A stretch of DNA of 64,000 bases from Pseudomonadota bacterium (GCA_041178425.1 JBEGVH010000030.1:32001-96000), one strand, 5' to 3'. Shown: positions 41,533-51,973, counted from the stretch's first letter. A program made the numbers and translations. Notes: generated by a model from the letters alone, not told the origin.

Positions 41533-42273
41533 CTAAAACAAAAAGACAAGACCTCCGGTGATGTGAGTCAGCAGATAGTTTGTCGTTTCAAAATCAGAAA
41601 TTTTTAAATTGCCCGATTTTAAATCATTAATGGAATCGTTTTGAGATTTACCGCTGGGTTTATAAATCGGGTTGGGGCCAGTGAAGCGCACCATCTTTAA
41701 GTCAAATCGAAGCGCTAGATTTTTAGAAAAATAAAAGCGTTGTCCCAAACCAAAATCAAGAGCCATTTGCGATAGTCCATCGTACATGACTGTACCCAAG
41801 CCAACGAGACCATAAATATGGGTATTAACCACGAGATTTTTCAAAATGCTCAGTTTACCGTAAAAACCCGTGAACTGGTAACTCGCAAGCATATAACTCT
41901 TGGGCCCAAAAGCATTGGTTAGATCGAGCTGAACAGCATCTTTGAGGGCTTTCGCATAAACCCCTGTTCCTGAGCCCATCATGCCATAACTCACGTTGAC
42001 CCCATGAAATTCGTCAAAATGGTAAGTGCCCAGTAAGCCAAATTGCATTTGATTAAAAATGGCCTCATCAGACACTGAACCCAAAAAGCCACCCAATTCA
42101 AATTTATTTGCCACAACGACATTGCGATTTCTCACACTATTAGGAACATCAAACCGAGGGAGAACACTCTCTTTTGCCAATTCCTCTTCGGGAAAAGCCA
42201 TTGTTTGCGCCAATCCACTGATTGAACCGCTAAAGATTGCCATGAAAGTGAGGAGTCCATAAAACGATCGCAT
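41533..42273 (-). CDS. Outer-membrane beta-barrel protein (GltA/GltB-like)
   Basis: Signal peptide, FYGKLS, GLGQRFYF, terminal Phe. Confidence 0.82.
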   Translation of the reverse strand: MRSFYGLLTFMAIFSGSISGLAQTMAFPEEELAKESVLPRFDVPNSVRNRNVVVANKFELGGFLGSVSDEAIFNQMQFGLLGTYHFDEFHGVNVSYGMMGSGTGVYAKALKDAVQLDLTNAFGPKSYMLASYQFTGFYGKLSILKNLVVNTHIYGLVGLGTVMYDGLSQMALDFGLGQRFYFSKNLALRFDLKMVRFTGPNPIYKPSGKSQNDSINDLKSGNLKISDFETTNYLLTHITGGLVFLF

Positions 42274-42791
42274 TAATTCACCCCATTACTAAAATAACCA
42301 TGCTTTATAACCTGATCACAAACCTCACGAGCAGCCCCAAGGCCTCCGGGCCTCTCCGTAATGAAATCTACGATGGCCTTCACTTCAGCGACTGCTTCAG
42401 GCACGGTGGCCGAAAAACCTACTTCTTTTAAAAGTGGAATATCGTAGATATCGTCGCCTATATAAGCCATCTCGGAGGGATTTATCTGAGACTCTTTTTG
42501 TAGCTGAACAAAGGCCGGTTCTTTGTCTAAAAAGCCTTCATAGAAATAGGTTATTCCTAAGGATTTCGCTCTCGCTGCGATGTCTTTAGATTTTGAACCC
42601 GTGATGATCGCCGTTTGATAGCCGAGCTTTTGCATCTCTTTAATGCCCACACCATCTCTAATAGAGAAGAAGCGCTTCCACTCCCCATCGGAATCTAAAA
42701 AAATACGTGAATCTGTTAATACGCCATCAACATCAAAAATAAGTAATTTAATTTTGTTTAGTTTTCGAATATGTTCCATTCCGATTTTCAT
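42273..42791 (-). CDS. kdsC: KDO 8-phosphate phosphatase (HAD family); alternative start at ATG 42779
   Basis: FDVDGVLTD, RDGVGI, IITG, YIGDDIYD, GGLGAAREVC. Confidence 0.92.
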   Translation of the reverse strand: MKIGMEHIRKLNKIKLLIFDVDGVLTDSRIFLDSDGEWKRFFSIRDGVGIKEMQKLGYQTAIITGSKSKDIAARAKSLGITYFYEGFLDKEPAFVQLQKESQINPSEMAYIGDDIYDIPLLKEVGFSATVPEAVAEVKAIVDFITERPGGLGAAREVCDQVIKHGYFSNGVN

Positions 42792-42817
42792 TCTATCGAA
42801 AGCCCCTCCTTTAACAA
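42790..42817 (-). promoter_or_regulatory. Candidate sigma70 promoter for the kdsC-glt-agl-lpt operon
   Basis: TTGTTA-N16-TAGAAT on the minus strand. Confidence 0.4.
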
Positions 42818-42923
42818 CTCAGGGCTTAGATAGAGGACGGAAACTCGACCTAGGACTCGCCTAGAAGATTGAGTTTTTTTAACTCCCCTCTCGCTCACTT
42901 GTTAAATTTGCATAAAAAATAAA

Positions 42924-43070
42924 CACGGCAGTGCGTCTCCCTAGACCTGCGTCCCCGAATCGCGCCGTCATCACGAGAACAGGTATTGGCCCGACTAAAG
43001 TCTGGCAACGTATTGATATGACGGTTAAATTTCTCTAGGGCGCGACGGGAATCAAAATTGGAGTGCCGTG
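42924..43070 (+). ncRNA. Candidate structured RNA: rod with central bubble (6S-like or cis-regulatory)
   Basis: Nested helices CACGGCA/TGCCGTG, CGTC/GACG, CCCTAGA/TCTAGGG, GCCGTCAT/ATGACGGT, apical GAC-taaa-GTC; G-U pairs favour the plus strand. Confidence 0.5.
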
Positions 43071-43189
43071 GGATATGAGAAATTTCTACCTTCATATTAA
43101 AATTCAATTGCTCAAAGCTCTGACATTCGGCAAACCCTGGCCCTGAAGGTTCTACAACCAATTAACAATTTTAAGCATTAGGGGGTCTT

Positions 43190-43612
43190 ATGCTAAAGAA
43201 CATACTTTTAGGCACAGTACTTTCATTGGCTTGTTTGTCTGCATTTGCAGGAACTGATGAATTAGATCAGGACAAAGCAAATCAAACAATTCAAGGAACA
43301 GTTGTTTTGAGAGTTGATCAGCGCAATGGTGAAATGTCGATGGCGTCTGTTGACGAAGTCGTTTCTTCAGAAACTGCTGCTCAAGGTCTTATCAACGAAA
43401 AATTCACAGCAGTTCCACAAGAGAAAGTTCGTGGCGAACTTGACCGTGAAGCTGGCGCATCTAGCTGGTACTGGTACTACCCAGGCTACTCTTATGGGTA
43501 CGGTTACAACTACGGTTACTACTACTACGGTAACTGCTACAACCCTTGGTATTCTTACGGATACGGTTACTACAACTATTACTACTACAACCGCTACAGC
43601 TGGTGGTGGTAA
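43190..43612 (+). CDS. Secreted precursor-like protein with a Tyr/Trp/Gly-rich C-terminal 48-aa core
   Basis: SD AGGGGG, signal peptide ending AFA, acidic pro-region, ELDREAGASS, then WYWYYPGYSYGYGY...YSWWW. Confidence 0.85.
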   Translation: MLKNILLGTVLSLACLSAFAGTDELDQDKANQTIQGTVVLRVDQRNGEMSMASVDEVVSSETAAQGLINEKFTAVPQEKVRGELDREAGASSWYWYYPGYSYGYGYNYGYYYYGNCYNPWYSYGYGYYNYYYYNRYSWWW

Positions 43613-43733
43613 GATCTAGAGCTGATCGCCTGGCAACAGGCATCAGCAAGGTTTTGGTACTCGTTAATCACTCGGCACATCTGACAAAATCAGTGCTGCC
43701 GAGTCTAATTCTAGATCTATCTTCACTGTTTTT
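43612..43733 (+). promoter_or_regulatory. Intercistronic three-way-junction RNA followed by a U-run
   Basis: Closing stem AGATCTAGA/TCTAGATCT; hairpin GCTGAT-c-GCCTG-gcaa-CAGGC-ATCAGC; hairpin ACTCGGCA...CTGA-caaaa-TCAG...TGCCGAGT. Confidence 0.6.
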
Positions 43734-43796
43734 ATCATCTTGGCTGACATCTTTGTTTTTAATGTGGGTTCTCTAAAGCCTGAGGAGAATGAGTTT

Positions 43797-45380
43797 ATGA
43801 TGATGAAACAATTTTTTTACATGATTGTGGCTCTTTTGATCACCAGTATCACTCAGGCCATCACGATTAAAAATCTGCCCGAAATTCAAAAAGCACTTAA
43901 TGTAAAGGCTTGGCAATCAAAGCCTTTAAAAAAGAAAATCAAAGTGGCCGTTCTTGATAAAGGATTTTACGGCTACGAAAAAGAACTCGGCAAAGGAATT
44001 CCCAAAGACACTCAATATATTCCCGGCCCTGTCGAAGCTCCCAAAGATTCAAAAGTTGAACATGGCTTGGTCATGGCTCAATTAGTGACTTCGATGATGA
44101 AAACTCCCGAACTTTATCTCTATAACGTTTATGGATATTCTAACCTCAAGGCGGCGATCGAAGATTTGACTGCCAAAGATATCGACCTTGTACTCTATTC
44201 AGAAGTTTGGGAATTCGGTGGTAACCGCGACGGCAAAGGTTTTATCAATGCTCTGGTGGACAAAGCCGTCGACAAAGGCGTGACATGGATCAATGCCGCT
44301 GGCAACTTTGGACTCACTTCTTATGTTGCTAAAATTGAGTCCGACGATGACGATTGGGTTAAACTTCCTGATCAGAACCAAAGCTTAAAAATTCAATGTA
44401 ATAAAAAAGATGATGAAAAATGCCAACTCAGAGCTGTTCTGAGCTGGAACGACTTTAAAGATGACCCCGAGGTTGGCTCTGACAAAGACTTGGATTTTGC
44501 CCTTACCGATGACCTTCTCAATGTTTTGGAGTCGAGCTCTCTAAAACAAACCAGCGACAAAGAAGAGAAAAAAGCCGGTTACTCCAGCTACCCAAGAGAA
44601 ACCATCATAAAAGAGATTGGCAAGGGAACTTATTTTCTTAGGGTGAAAAACCGTTCTGGTAACTTCGACTCCGACGATGAACTCATGATCACTGTCGATG
44701 GCGATGGTCTTTCAATGCCTAGCCACTCGCGTGGAAAATCGGTTCTGAACCCTGCCGATAACTCTGGAGTCATTACCGTGGGTGCTCTCGACTCTGACCG
44801 CTCATCTTTCAATGATAAACTCAAAAAACCCGACCTCTTAGCGATGTCGTCGGTAAAAACATCTGTTGGCGAATTCCGCGGGAGCTCCAATTCAGCAGCC
44901 CTCGTGGCCGGTGCTATTGGCCTTGTTAAATCAAGAGCTCCTCAAAAAGATTTCGAAGGCATCATCGAAGAGGCCAAACTCAATGGCTGGGCTGATCACA
45001 AGCGTGGCCTTCCCATTAATTGGCTTGGATTTAATTCTCCTCGTGGAAACTGTTTTGTAGCAGACAAAATAAAAGAAGAACTCCCATCGCAAATTAATGA
45101 CGTTATTAATGTTGGGGGAATCTTTGTGCAAACAACGGCTGGTAGCCGTTTAATGACGCCTTATGATCCGATTCACCTCGACGAATCAATTCAGAGAATT
45201 CAGCCTAATGATTTTATACTGACGACCCCCGAAGGTTATAAACTAGCCGAGCGTTATTCGCCCTATATACCGAACGGTTGGGTCGAGGTTTTTCAAACCC
45301 CCCAAGGAATGAGCCTGTGTGATTTACCCATGCAACCTCTAGGAAAAATCTTTCGACTCAAGTCACCCACTAAAGACTAA
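43797..45380 (+). CDS. Secreted S8 (subtilisin-family) serine peptidase
   Basis: Signal peptide; VAVLDKG (Asp), EHG (His), INAAGN (oxyanion Asn), ITVGA, KPDLLA, FRGSSNSAALVAG (Ser); SD GAGGAG. Confidence 0.88.
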   Translation: MMMKQFFYMIVALLITSITQAITIKNLPEIQKALNVKAWQSKPLKKKIKVAVLDKGFYGYEKELGKGIPKDTQYIPGPVEAPKDSKVEHGLVMAQLVTSMMKTPELYLYNVYGYSNLKAAIEDLTAKDIDLVLYSEVWEFGGNRDGKGFINALVDKAVDKGVTWINAAGNFGLTSYVAKIESDDDDWVKLPDQNQSLKIQCNKKDDEKCQLRAVLSWNDFKDDPEVGSDKDLDFALTDDLLNVLESSSLKQTSDKEEKKAGYSSYPRETIIKEIGKGTYFLRVKNRSGNFDSDDELMITVDGDGLSMPSHSRGKSVLNPADNSGVITVGALDSDRSSFNDKLKKPDLLAMSSVKTSVGEFRGSSNSAALVAGAIGLVKSRAPQKDFEGIIEEAKLNGWADHKRGLPINWLGFNSPRGNCFVADKIKEELPSQINDVINVGGIFVQTTAGSRLMTPYDPIHLDESIQRIQPNDFILTTPEGYKLAERYSPYIPNGWVEVFQTPQGMSLCDLPMQPLGKIFRLKSPTKD

Positions 45381-45384
45381 ACGC

Positions 45385-45416
45385 AAAAAGGCGTTCCCCT
45401 AGAGAACGCCTTTTTT
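45385..45416. terminator. Bidirectional intrinsic terminator between the S8 gene and kdsD
   Basis: AAAAAGGCGTTC-loop-GAACGCCTTTTTT. Confidence 0.9.
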
Positions 45417-45473
45417 ATTTGTGGGCCTATTTCATTGAACGAACGATAGCCATTCCGTTTTACAGGTTTTGAT

Positions 45474-46448
45474 TTATCTGACTTTATTTTTTAGCAAATC
45501 CTGAAGATGAATGAGTCCTACGGGCTGCCGAGGATTTCCTGATTGGGCATCAACAACAAAGAGCATCTGAATACGAAACTCTTCCATAATGAACAATGCT
45601 TTTTCGGCCATTTCTTCTGCATCAATCGTTTTTGGATTGAGGGTCATGATATCCCTGGCAACACCCTCAAGTGGATTTTGAGATCTTTCTAGCCGCCGAC
45701 GTAAATCACCATCAGTAATAACACCCACGAGCTCTGCGCTCTCATTAGTGACACCTGCGGTTCCGCGGACCTCTTTGGCTGTCATCACTGACACCACCTG
45801 AAGCATTGGAGTCTCTAACTTAACCACTGGCAAAGAATCTCCAGCGTGCATCACATCGCGAACTCTTAAAAGCTTTCGCCCGAGAGATCCACCAGGATGG
45901 TATTCAGCAAAGTCTTCAGACTTGAAACCACGCTTTAACAGCACCGCCATGGCCAAGGCATCACTCATTGCTAAGGCTGCCGTGGTGCTGGCTGTCGGCG
46001 CTAGATTTAATGGACAGGCCTCTGTGCTAATCGAACAATCGAGAATGATTTGTGAAGATCGGCCCAACCGACTCTCATGAGAACCGGTAAAGGCAATCAC
46101 CTTGAGGCCTTTTCTAGCTGCATAATTTAATATGGCATTGAGTTCGTCTGCTTCACCACGATAACTGAAAACAACTATCACATCATCCGAACTAACAAGA
46201 CCTAGATCGCCGTGACTGCTCTCAGCAGGGTGGAGAAACACGGAGGGAGTTCCCGTGCTAGAAAAAGTGCTCGCTAGTTTGCGAGCGATAATTCCGCTCT
46301 TTCCGATGCCAGTGGTAACGACTTTACCCTGACAGCCAAAAATGACCTCGACGGCTTCTAAAAATTTATCATCAATACGAGGCCCAAGGGCAGCCACGGC
46401 CTGAGCTTCGATCGCCAAGACCTTTCTGGCTTCTTCTTTTAAATTCAT
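45474..46448 (-). CDS. kdsD: Arabinose-5-phosphate isomerase (KpsF/GutQ family, SIS plus CBS domains)
   Basis: TGIGKSG, STGTP, HGDLG, LAPTASTT, HPGGSLG, ITDGDLRR; alternative start at 46460. Confidence 0.93.
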   Translation of the reverse strand: MNLKEEARKVLAIEAQAVAALGPRIDDKFLEAVEVIFGCQGKVVTTGIGKSGIIARKLASTFSSTGTPSVFLHPAESSHGDLGLVSSDDVIVVFSYRGEADELNAILNYAARKGLKVIAFTGSHESRLGRSSQIILDCSISTEACPLNLAPTASTTAALAMSDALAMAVLLKRGFKSEDFAEYHPGGSLGRKLLRVRDVMHAGDSLPVVKLETPMLQVVSVMTAKEVRGTAGVTNESAELVGVITDGDLRRRLERSQNPLEGVARDIMTLNPKTIDAEEMAEKALFIMEEFRIQMLFVVDAQSGNPRQPVGLIHLQDLLKNKVR

Positions 46449-46449
46449 C

Positions 46450-48246
<1,797 letters not shown>

Positions 48247-48975
48247 TTAACCTCTCAGAAATGGTTCCACCTTCAAAACATCTTCGGGTGTGTCCACGCC
48301 AATACAATTATAATTTACTTTAATGGTTTGGATCTTAGCGCCTAACCAAAGAGCACGCAATTGTTCTAAGCTCTCTGCTCGCTCTAAAAGTGCTGGTGCC
48401 GTCTCGCAAAAAAGTTTCAGAAAGCTTTTTTTGTAGACATAAAGCCCAAGATGTTGCCAACAAGCTTCAATTTTGCTCTCAGGAGCCATGCGCGTGTAGG
48501 GTATGGGAAGTCGACTAAAATAAAGGGCCTCATCTTTACGATTGACCACTGCCTTGACAATATTGGGGTTGGTAAGATCTTCCATTGCCAGAGGCTTCAC
48601 TAGAGTGGCCATCTCAGCGTCTGATTTCCAAAACCCATTCACCAAATCATCGATAATTTCCCCTTTTAAAAGGGGCTCATCACCCTGAATATTAACAACA
48701 GCTTCGCCGTCTACATTTTGACTAGCCGCCCAAACGCGATCCGACCCAGAAGGCAAATCGGGGGATGTCATTACAACATCGACGCCTAATTTTTTTGCCA
48801 AGGCCGCGATCCCTTCGTGATCGGTGGCCACAACTAAGTCTGTCAGTGTTTTTGCTTGCTTTGCCCCTCGGATAACCCACTCGAGAAGAGGGCGCCCTGC
48901 GATAGTATGAAGAGGTTTTCCTGGAAAGCGCGTAGACGCAAACCGAGCAGGAATGACGCCAATAACCTTTTTCAT
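48247..48975 (-). CDS. kdsB: CMP-KDO synthetase
   Basis: IPARFASTRFPGKPL, SGSDR, VNIQGDEP, LYFSR, ESLEQLRAL, GVDTPED. Confidence 0.97.
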   Translation of the reverse strand: MKKVIGVIPARFASTRFPGKPLHTIAGRPLLEWVIRGAKQAKTLTDLVVATDHEGIAALAKKLGVDVVMTSPDLPSGSDRVWAASQNVDGEAVVNIQGDEPLLKGEIIDDLVNGFWKSDAEMATLVKPLAMEDLTNPNIVKAVVNRKDEALYFSRLPIPYTRMAPESKIEACWQHLGLYVYKKSFLKLFCETAPALLERAESLEQLRALWLGAKIQTIKVNYNCIGVDTPEDVLKVEPFLRG

Positions 48976-49592
48976 ATTTTTTTTCGTTCCTCTAAGTAAG
49001 GTTGCACGTAGTTTCGATAAATGGCCTCATCGAGTTCACGAATACCCTTGCCGTTGGAAGCGGAAATTAAGAAGTAAGGGGTTCCCTGCAGACTTTTTTC
49101 GAGTGCCTTGAGGTGAGTGTGGCGCTCGCTTTGATTTACTTTATCAATTTTGTTAGCAACAACAACAAGAGGACGACCAATAAGGGCCGCATAACGCTTT
49201 AGCATTTCCTCGTCTTCACTCCATTTGCGACGAATATCCATAATTAACAAAAGACATACAACATCGGCCCTTATCGAAAAGTAACTTTCAACGATGGCTC
49301 GGTAGTCGTCCACTTCACTATGACCGCGTGAAGCATAACCGTAACCGGGCATATCAACGAGTCGATAGCCACCTAGATCATAAAAATTTAGCAATCGAGT
49401 CTTACCTGGAGCCTGACTCACATGAGCCAGTTGCAGCCCCGTCCAGGCATTAACAAGAGATGATTTACCGGCATTCGAACGCCCCGTAAGGGCGATCTCA
49501 GGAACCCCACCTTCGGGGAGATCTTTTGGGTAAAAGGCACTTTTCAGATATTTCGCATTTTTTAGGGCTTTATTCTTATTTTTTGAATCCAT
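48972..49592 (-). CDS. engB: Ribosome biogenesis GTPase YihA/YsxC/EngB
   Basis: GRSNAGKSS, PGKTR, VDMPGYGYA, NKID. Confidence 0.95.
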   Translation of the reverse strand: MDSKNKNKALKNAKYLKSAFYPKDLPEGGVPEIALTGRSNAGKSSLVNAWTGLQLAHVSQAPGKTRLLNFYDLGGYRLVDMPGYGYASRGHSEVDDYRAIVESYFSIRADVVCLLLIMDIRRKWSEDEEMLKRYAALIGRPLVVVANKIDKVNQSERHTHLKALEKSLQGTPYFLISASNGKGIRELDEAIYRNYVQPYLEERKKI

Positions 49593-49669
49593 CTGTTTCT
49601 TTTCTCGGATTAGCGTCTCAAAAACAAGATTTTCCGATCAATTCGGCCAAAATTATTTGATTTCTGCAA

Positions 49670-49685
49670 CGGCACAGCCTTTGCC
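49670..49685 (+). promoter_or_regulatory. Sigma54 -24/-12 promoter of the FHA enhancer-binding protein gene
   Basis: CGGCACAGCCTTTGCC: GG-N10-GC, 28 nt before the ATG, SD AGGAGG. Confidence 0.7.
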
Positions 49686-49713
49686 CTAGTGCCTGATACG
49701 CCAGGAGGATTTC

Positions 49714-51000
49714 ATGCAAGGTGTGAATTATTTTTTAAGAGCTAACAAAGTTGGGAACCAGCAGGTTCACGAACTATTCCTACCCGTGATCACCATCGGT
49801 TCAGCCCCTACTTCGAGCATTGTTTTAGACTCGGGAGCCGCTGATTTTCGCCACTGCCGTATTGAAAAAAGGGATTCAAATCAATTCACCATTCGCGATC
49901 TGCGCTCAAGTACTGGCACCTTTGTCAATGGAGCTAAAATAATGGAGGCCTTTCTTTACCATGGGGATATCATTAGGATAAACCAATCAACCTTTGAGTT
50001 TGTCGCAGATGAGTTACCTCTAGTATCAAACTCTAATCTAACCCTCAAAAGCAAAAACCAGAAATGGAACCAGAGTCTAACGACTGTGCCAAGTTTAGCC
50101 AAAACCAATTTACCCGTCTTGATCCTTGGCCCCTCGGGGTCAGGAAAAGAACTGATTGCCAGATCTGTTCATCAACACTCGTATCTTTCTAAAGGGCCCT
50201 TCGTGAGCGTCAACTGCAGTGCCCTCTCAGAAAATCTTGTTGAAAGCGAACTTTTTGGACACATTAGAGGGAGCTTCACCGGTGCTATCAATGATCGAAA
50301 AGGAGCTTTTGAGAGTGCTCGAGGAGGTACTCTATTTCTGGATGAGATCGGCGATCTCCCTTATAGTCTTCAAGCCAAACTCCTTCGGGCCATAGAAAAC
50401 AATGAAGTCAGGGCTGTTGGCTCCGATCAGATCATCAAAACCAATGTTCGCATCATCGCGGCTACTCACCAAAATGTTCAGCAAAAAATAATTGAACGAA
50501 CCTTTCGCGCGGATCTGTTCTATCGACTCAATGTCATCACTATCAATGTGCCTTCTCTGTTGGATCGAATGGAAGATTTCGAGGAGATCTTTTATCAACT
50601 TTGTAAAGAGGCACGAGTAAGATTTAGCATTTCGGCCCTTGAGTTCTTAAAAAGACAACCTTGGCCAGGAAATATTCGTGAATTGAAGAACGTTATTTCG
50701 CGGGCCTCTGCCATTTACCCAAGTACAACCATCCAACAAGAAATGCTGTTTGGCCTTGTTGATAGCTCACCCTACGATGCAGGAAACCAAAAAACGATCA
50801 CTCAACAAATAAAAACAAAATCGAATTTGGTTAAAGAGATGGAGCGACAAATGATTCTGAGTCGGTTGATCGCCAACCATGGAAATCAGAGGCAGACGGC
50901 GATTGACCTAGGGATCCCCAAAAGCACTCTTTATGATCGAATAAAAAGCTATAAGATTGATATTGGCAAAGTGATAAGCGAAAACACTACGGCTTTATAA
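49714..51000 (+). CDS. Sigma54-dependent enhancer-binding protein with N-terminal FHA and C-terminal Fis HTH
   Basis: [51 protein letters not shown]. Confidence 0.95.
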   Translation: MQGVNYFLRANKVGNQQVHELFLPVITIGSAPTSSIVLDSGAADFRHCRIEKRDSNQFTIRDLRSSTGTFVNGAKIMEAFLYHGDIIRINQSTFEFVADELPLVSNSNLTLKSKNQKWNQSLTTVPSLAKTNLPVLILGPSGSGKELIARSVHQHSYLSKGPFVSVNCSALSENLVESELFGHIRGSFTGAINDRKGAFESARGGTLFLDEIGDLPYSLQAKLLRAIENNEVRAVGSDQIIKTNVRIIAATHQNVQQKIIERTFRADLFYRLNVITINVPSLLDRMEDFEEIFYQLCKEARVRFSISALEFLKRQPWPGNIRELKNVISRASAIYPSTTIQQEMLFGLVDSSPYDAGNQKTITQQIKTKSNLVKEMERQMILSRLIANHGNQRQTAIDLGIPKSTLYDRIKSYKIDIGKVISENTTAL

Positions 51001-51973
51001 AAAAGTTTCTAATTCCTATACGGTTAACGACCCCCTCATTGAGTTTCGCATTGAGGGCGGTCTTGATGTCGTTCTTCAAATCCGCCATCCCATCCGCTGT
51101 ATCTAGTTCGTCGTAACGATGATCTTCGATCACTCTCTGAACCAAATCAATGAGTTCGCTCTCGCGCATCTTTATCTCAACCACGACATCACCAGAGTTC
51201 CCCTCGATAATAAATTCGAAGAAACCCATTGGATTCTCGCGGTCTCGATTTTTTCTTTTTAGATTAGCTACGATCGGCTGCATCTGAAACGAATAGGCTT
51301 TTAAGCGAGGAGAATGGTAAAAAGGCTCTACGTGATCACCATCTTCGTACTTTGCCGCCCACTCTCCCAACTGATCCATCGATCCATAGAAATAAAAGGT
51401 ATCTCGGTGAAGAACCTTATTTTTAACGATCATCAAATAAAAATAAGAAATCACAGACAATAACGTCATCGAGACAACAAACGCGATTTTTCTTTTTTTC
51501 GACCACAGCTTGAATACACCCACTAGGTGCTTAATGAAAGCTACAATTTTTTTAACGACTTTAGATATGGCCTTGGGGGTCTCTGTAAAAAACCAAATGA
51601 GGAGATACTTAAAATGAATTAAGCCAAATCCCAATCCGTAGGTAAAAGCGCCAAGCCATCGCTTAGGGTAGTACCTGATTTTTTCTTTAAATTTTGTCGG
51701 TTTTTCTACGGTGTGAACATTGAGATCTAAGGGTGAAATCTCAATTTTTAGCTCGGCGAAATCGGCCTTTGATTCTTCGAGATGCTTAATAAGTTCAGCA
51801 TTTTTTTTGTCAAAAATTGCTTCGATGTCCTTACTTGAAACATCCTTGATGCTCTCTAAAAACGATTCGTCGGGTGGAGGCAACTCCACCTTTTCGACGG
51901 GTTCATGGTCACTTGCATGAACGGGCTCATGCTCATGATTGGTTTTCTGTTCTTCTTTTCCAGCCTCTGCCAA
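50987..51973 (-). CDS. FliL-like membrane protein with long acidic N-terminus
   Basis: TM helices then IVANL...ELIDLVQRV...[20 protein letters not shown]...FFIKP; TTG behind GGGAG. Confidence 0.7.
   Translation of the reverse strand: MAEAGKEEQKTNHEHEPVHASDHEPVEKVELPPPDESFLESIKDVSSKDIEAIFDKKNAELIKHLEESKADFAELKIEISPLDLNVHTVEKPTKFKEKIRYYPKRWLGAFTYGLGFGLIHFKYLLIWFFTETPKAISKVVKKIVAFIKHLVGVFKLWSKKRKIAFVVSMTLLSVISYFYLMIVKNKVLHRDTFYFYGSMDQLGEWAAKYEDGDHVEPFYHSPRLKAYSFQMQPIVANLKRKNRDRENPMGFFEFIIEGNSGDVVVEIKMRESELIDLVQRVIEDHRYDELDTADGMADLKNDIKTALNAKLNEGVVNRIGIRNFFIKP

Noticed and set aside
43129..43153. GGCAAACC (c-di-GMP-I riboswitch-like) and TGGCCC...GTTCT (sigma54-like) upstream of the precursor gene
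   Set aside because: The GNRA hairpin and GACGCAAAGC element of the riboswitch are absent, and the -12 position reads TC rather than GC
42895..43161. 88-aa minus-strand ORF in the kdsC-precursor spacer
   Set aside because: No motif or clear SD; overlaps the structured-RNA candidate, which explains the sequence better
43461..43612. TAC-rich periodic DNA resembling a microsatellite or CRISPR array
   Set aside because: Explained by Tyr codons of the precursor core; no repeat-spacer structure and no cas genes
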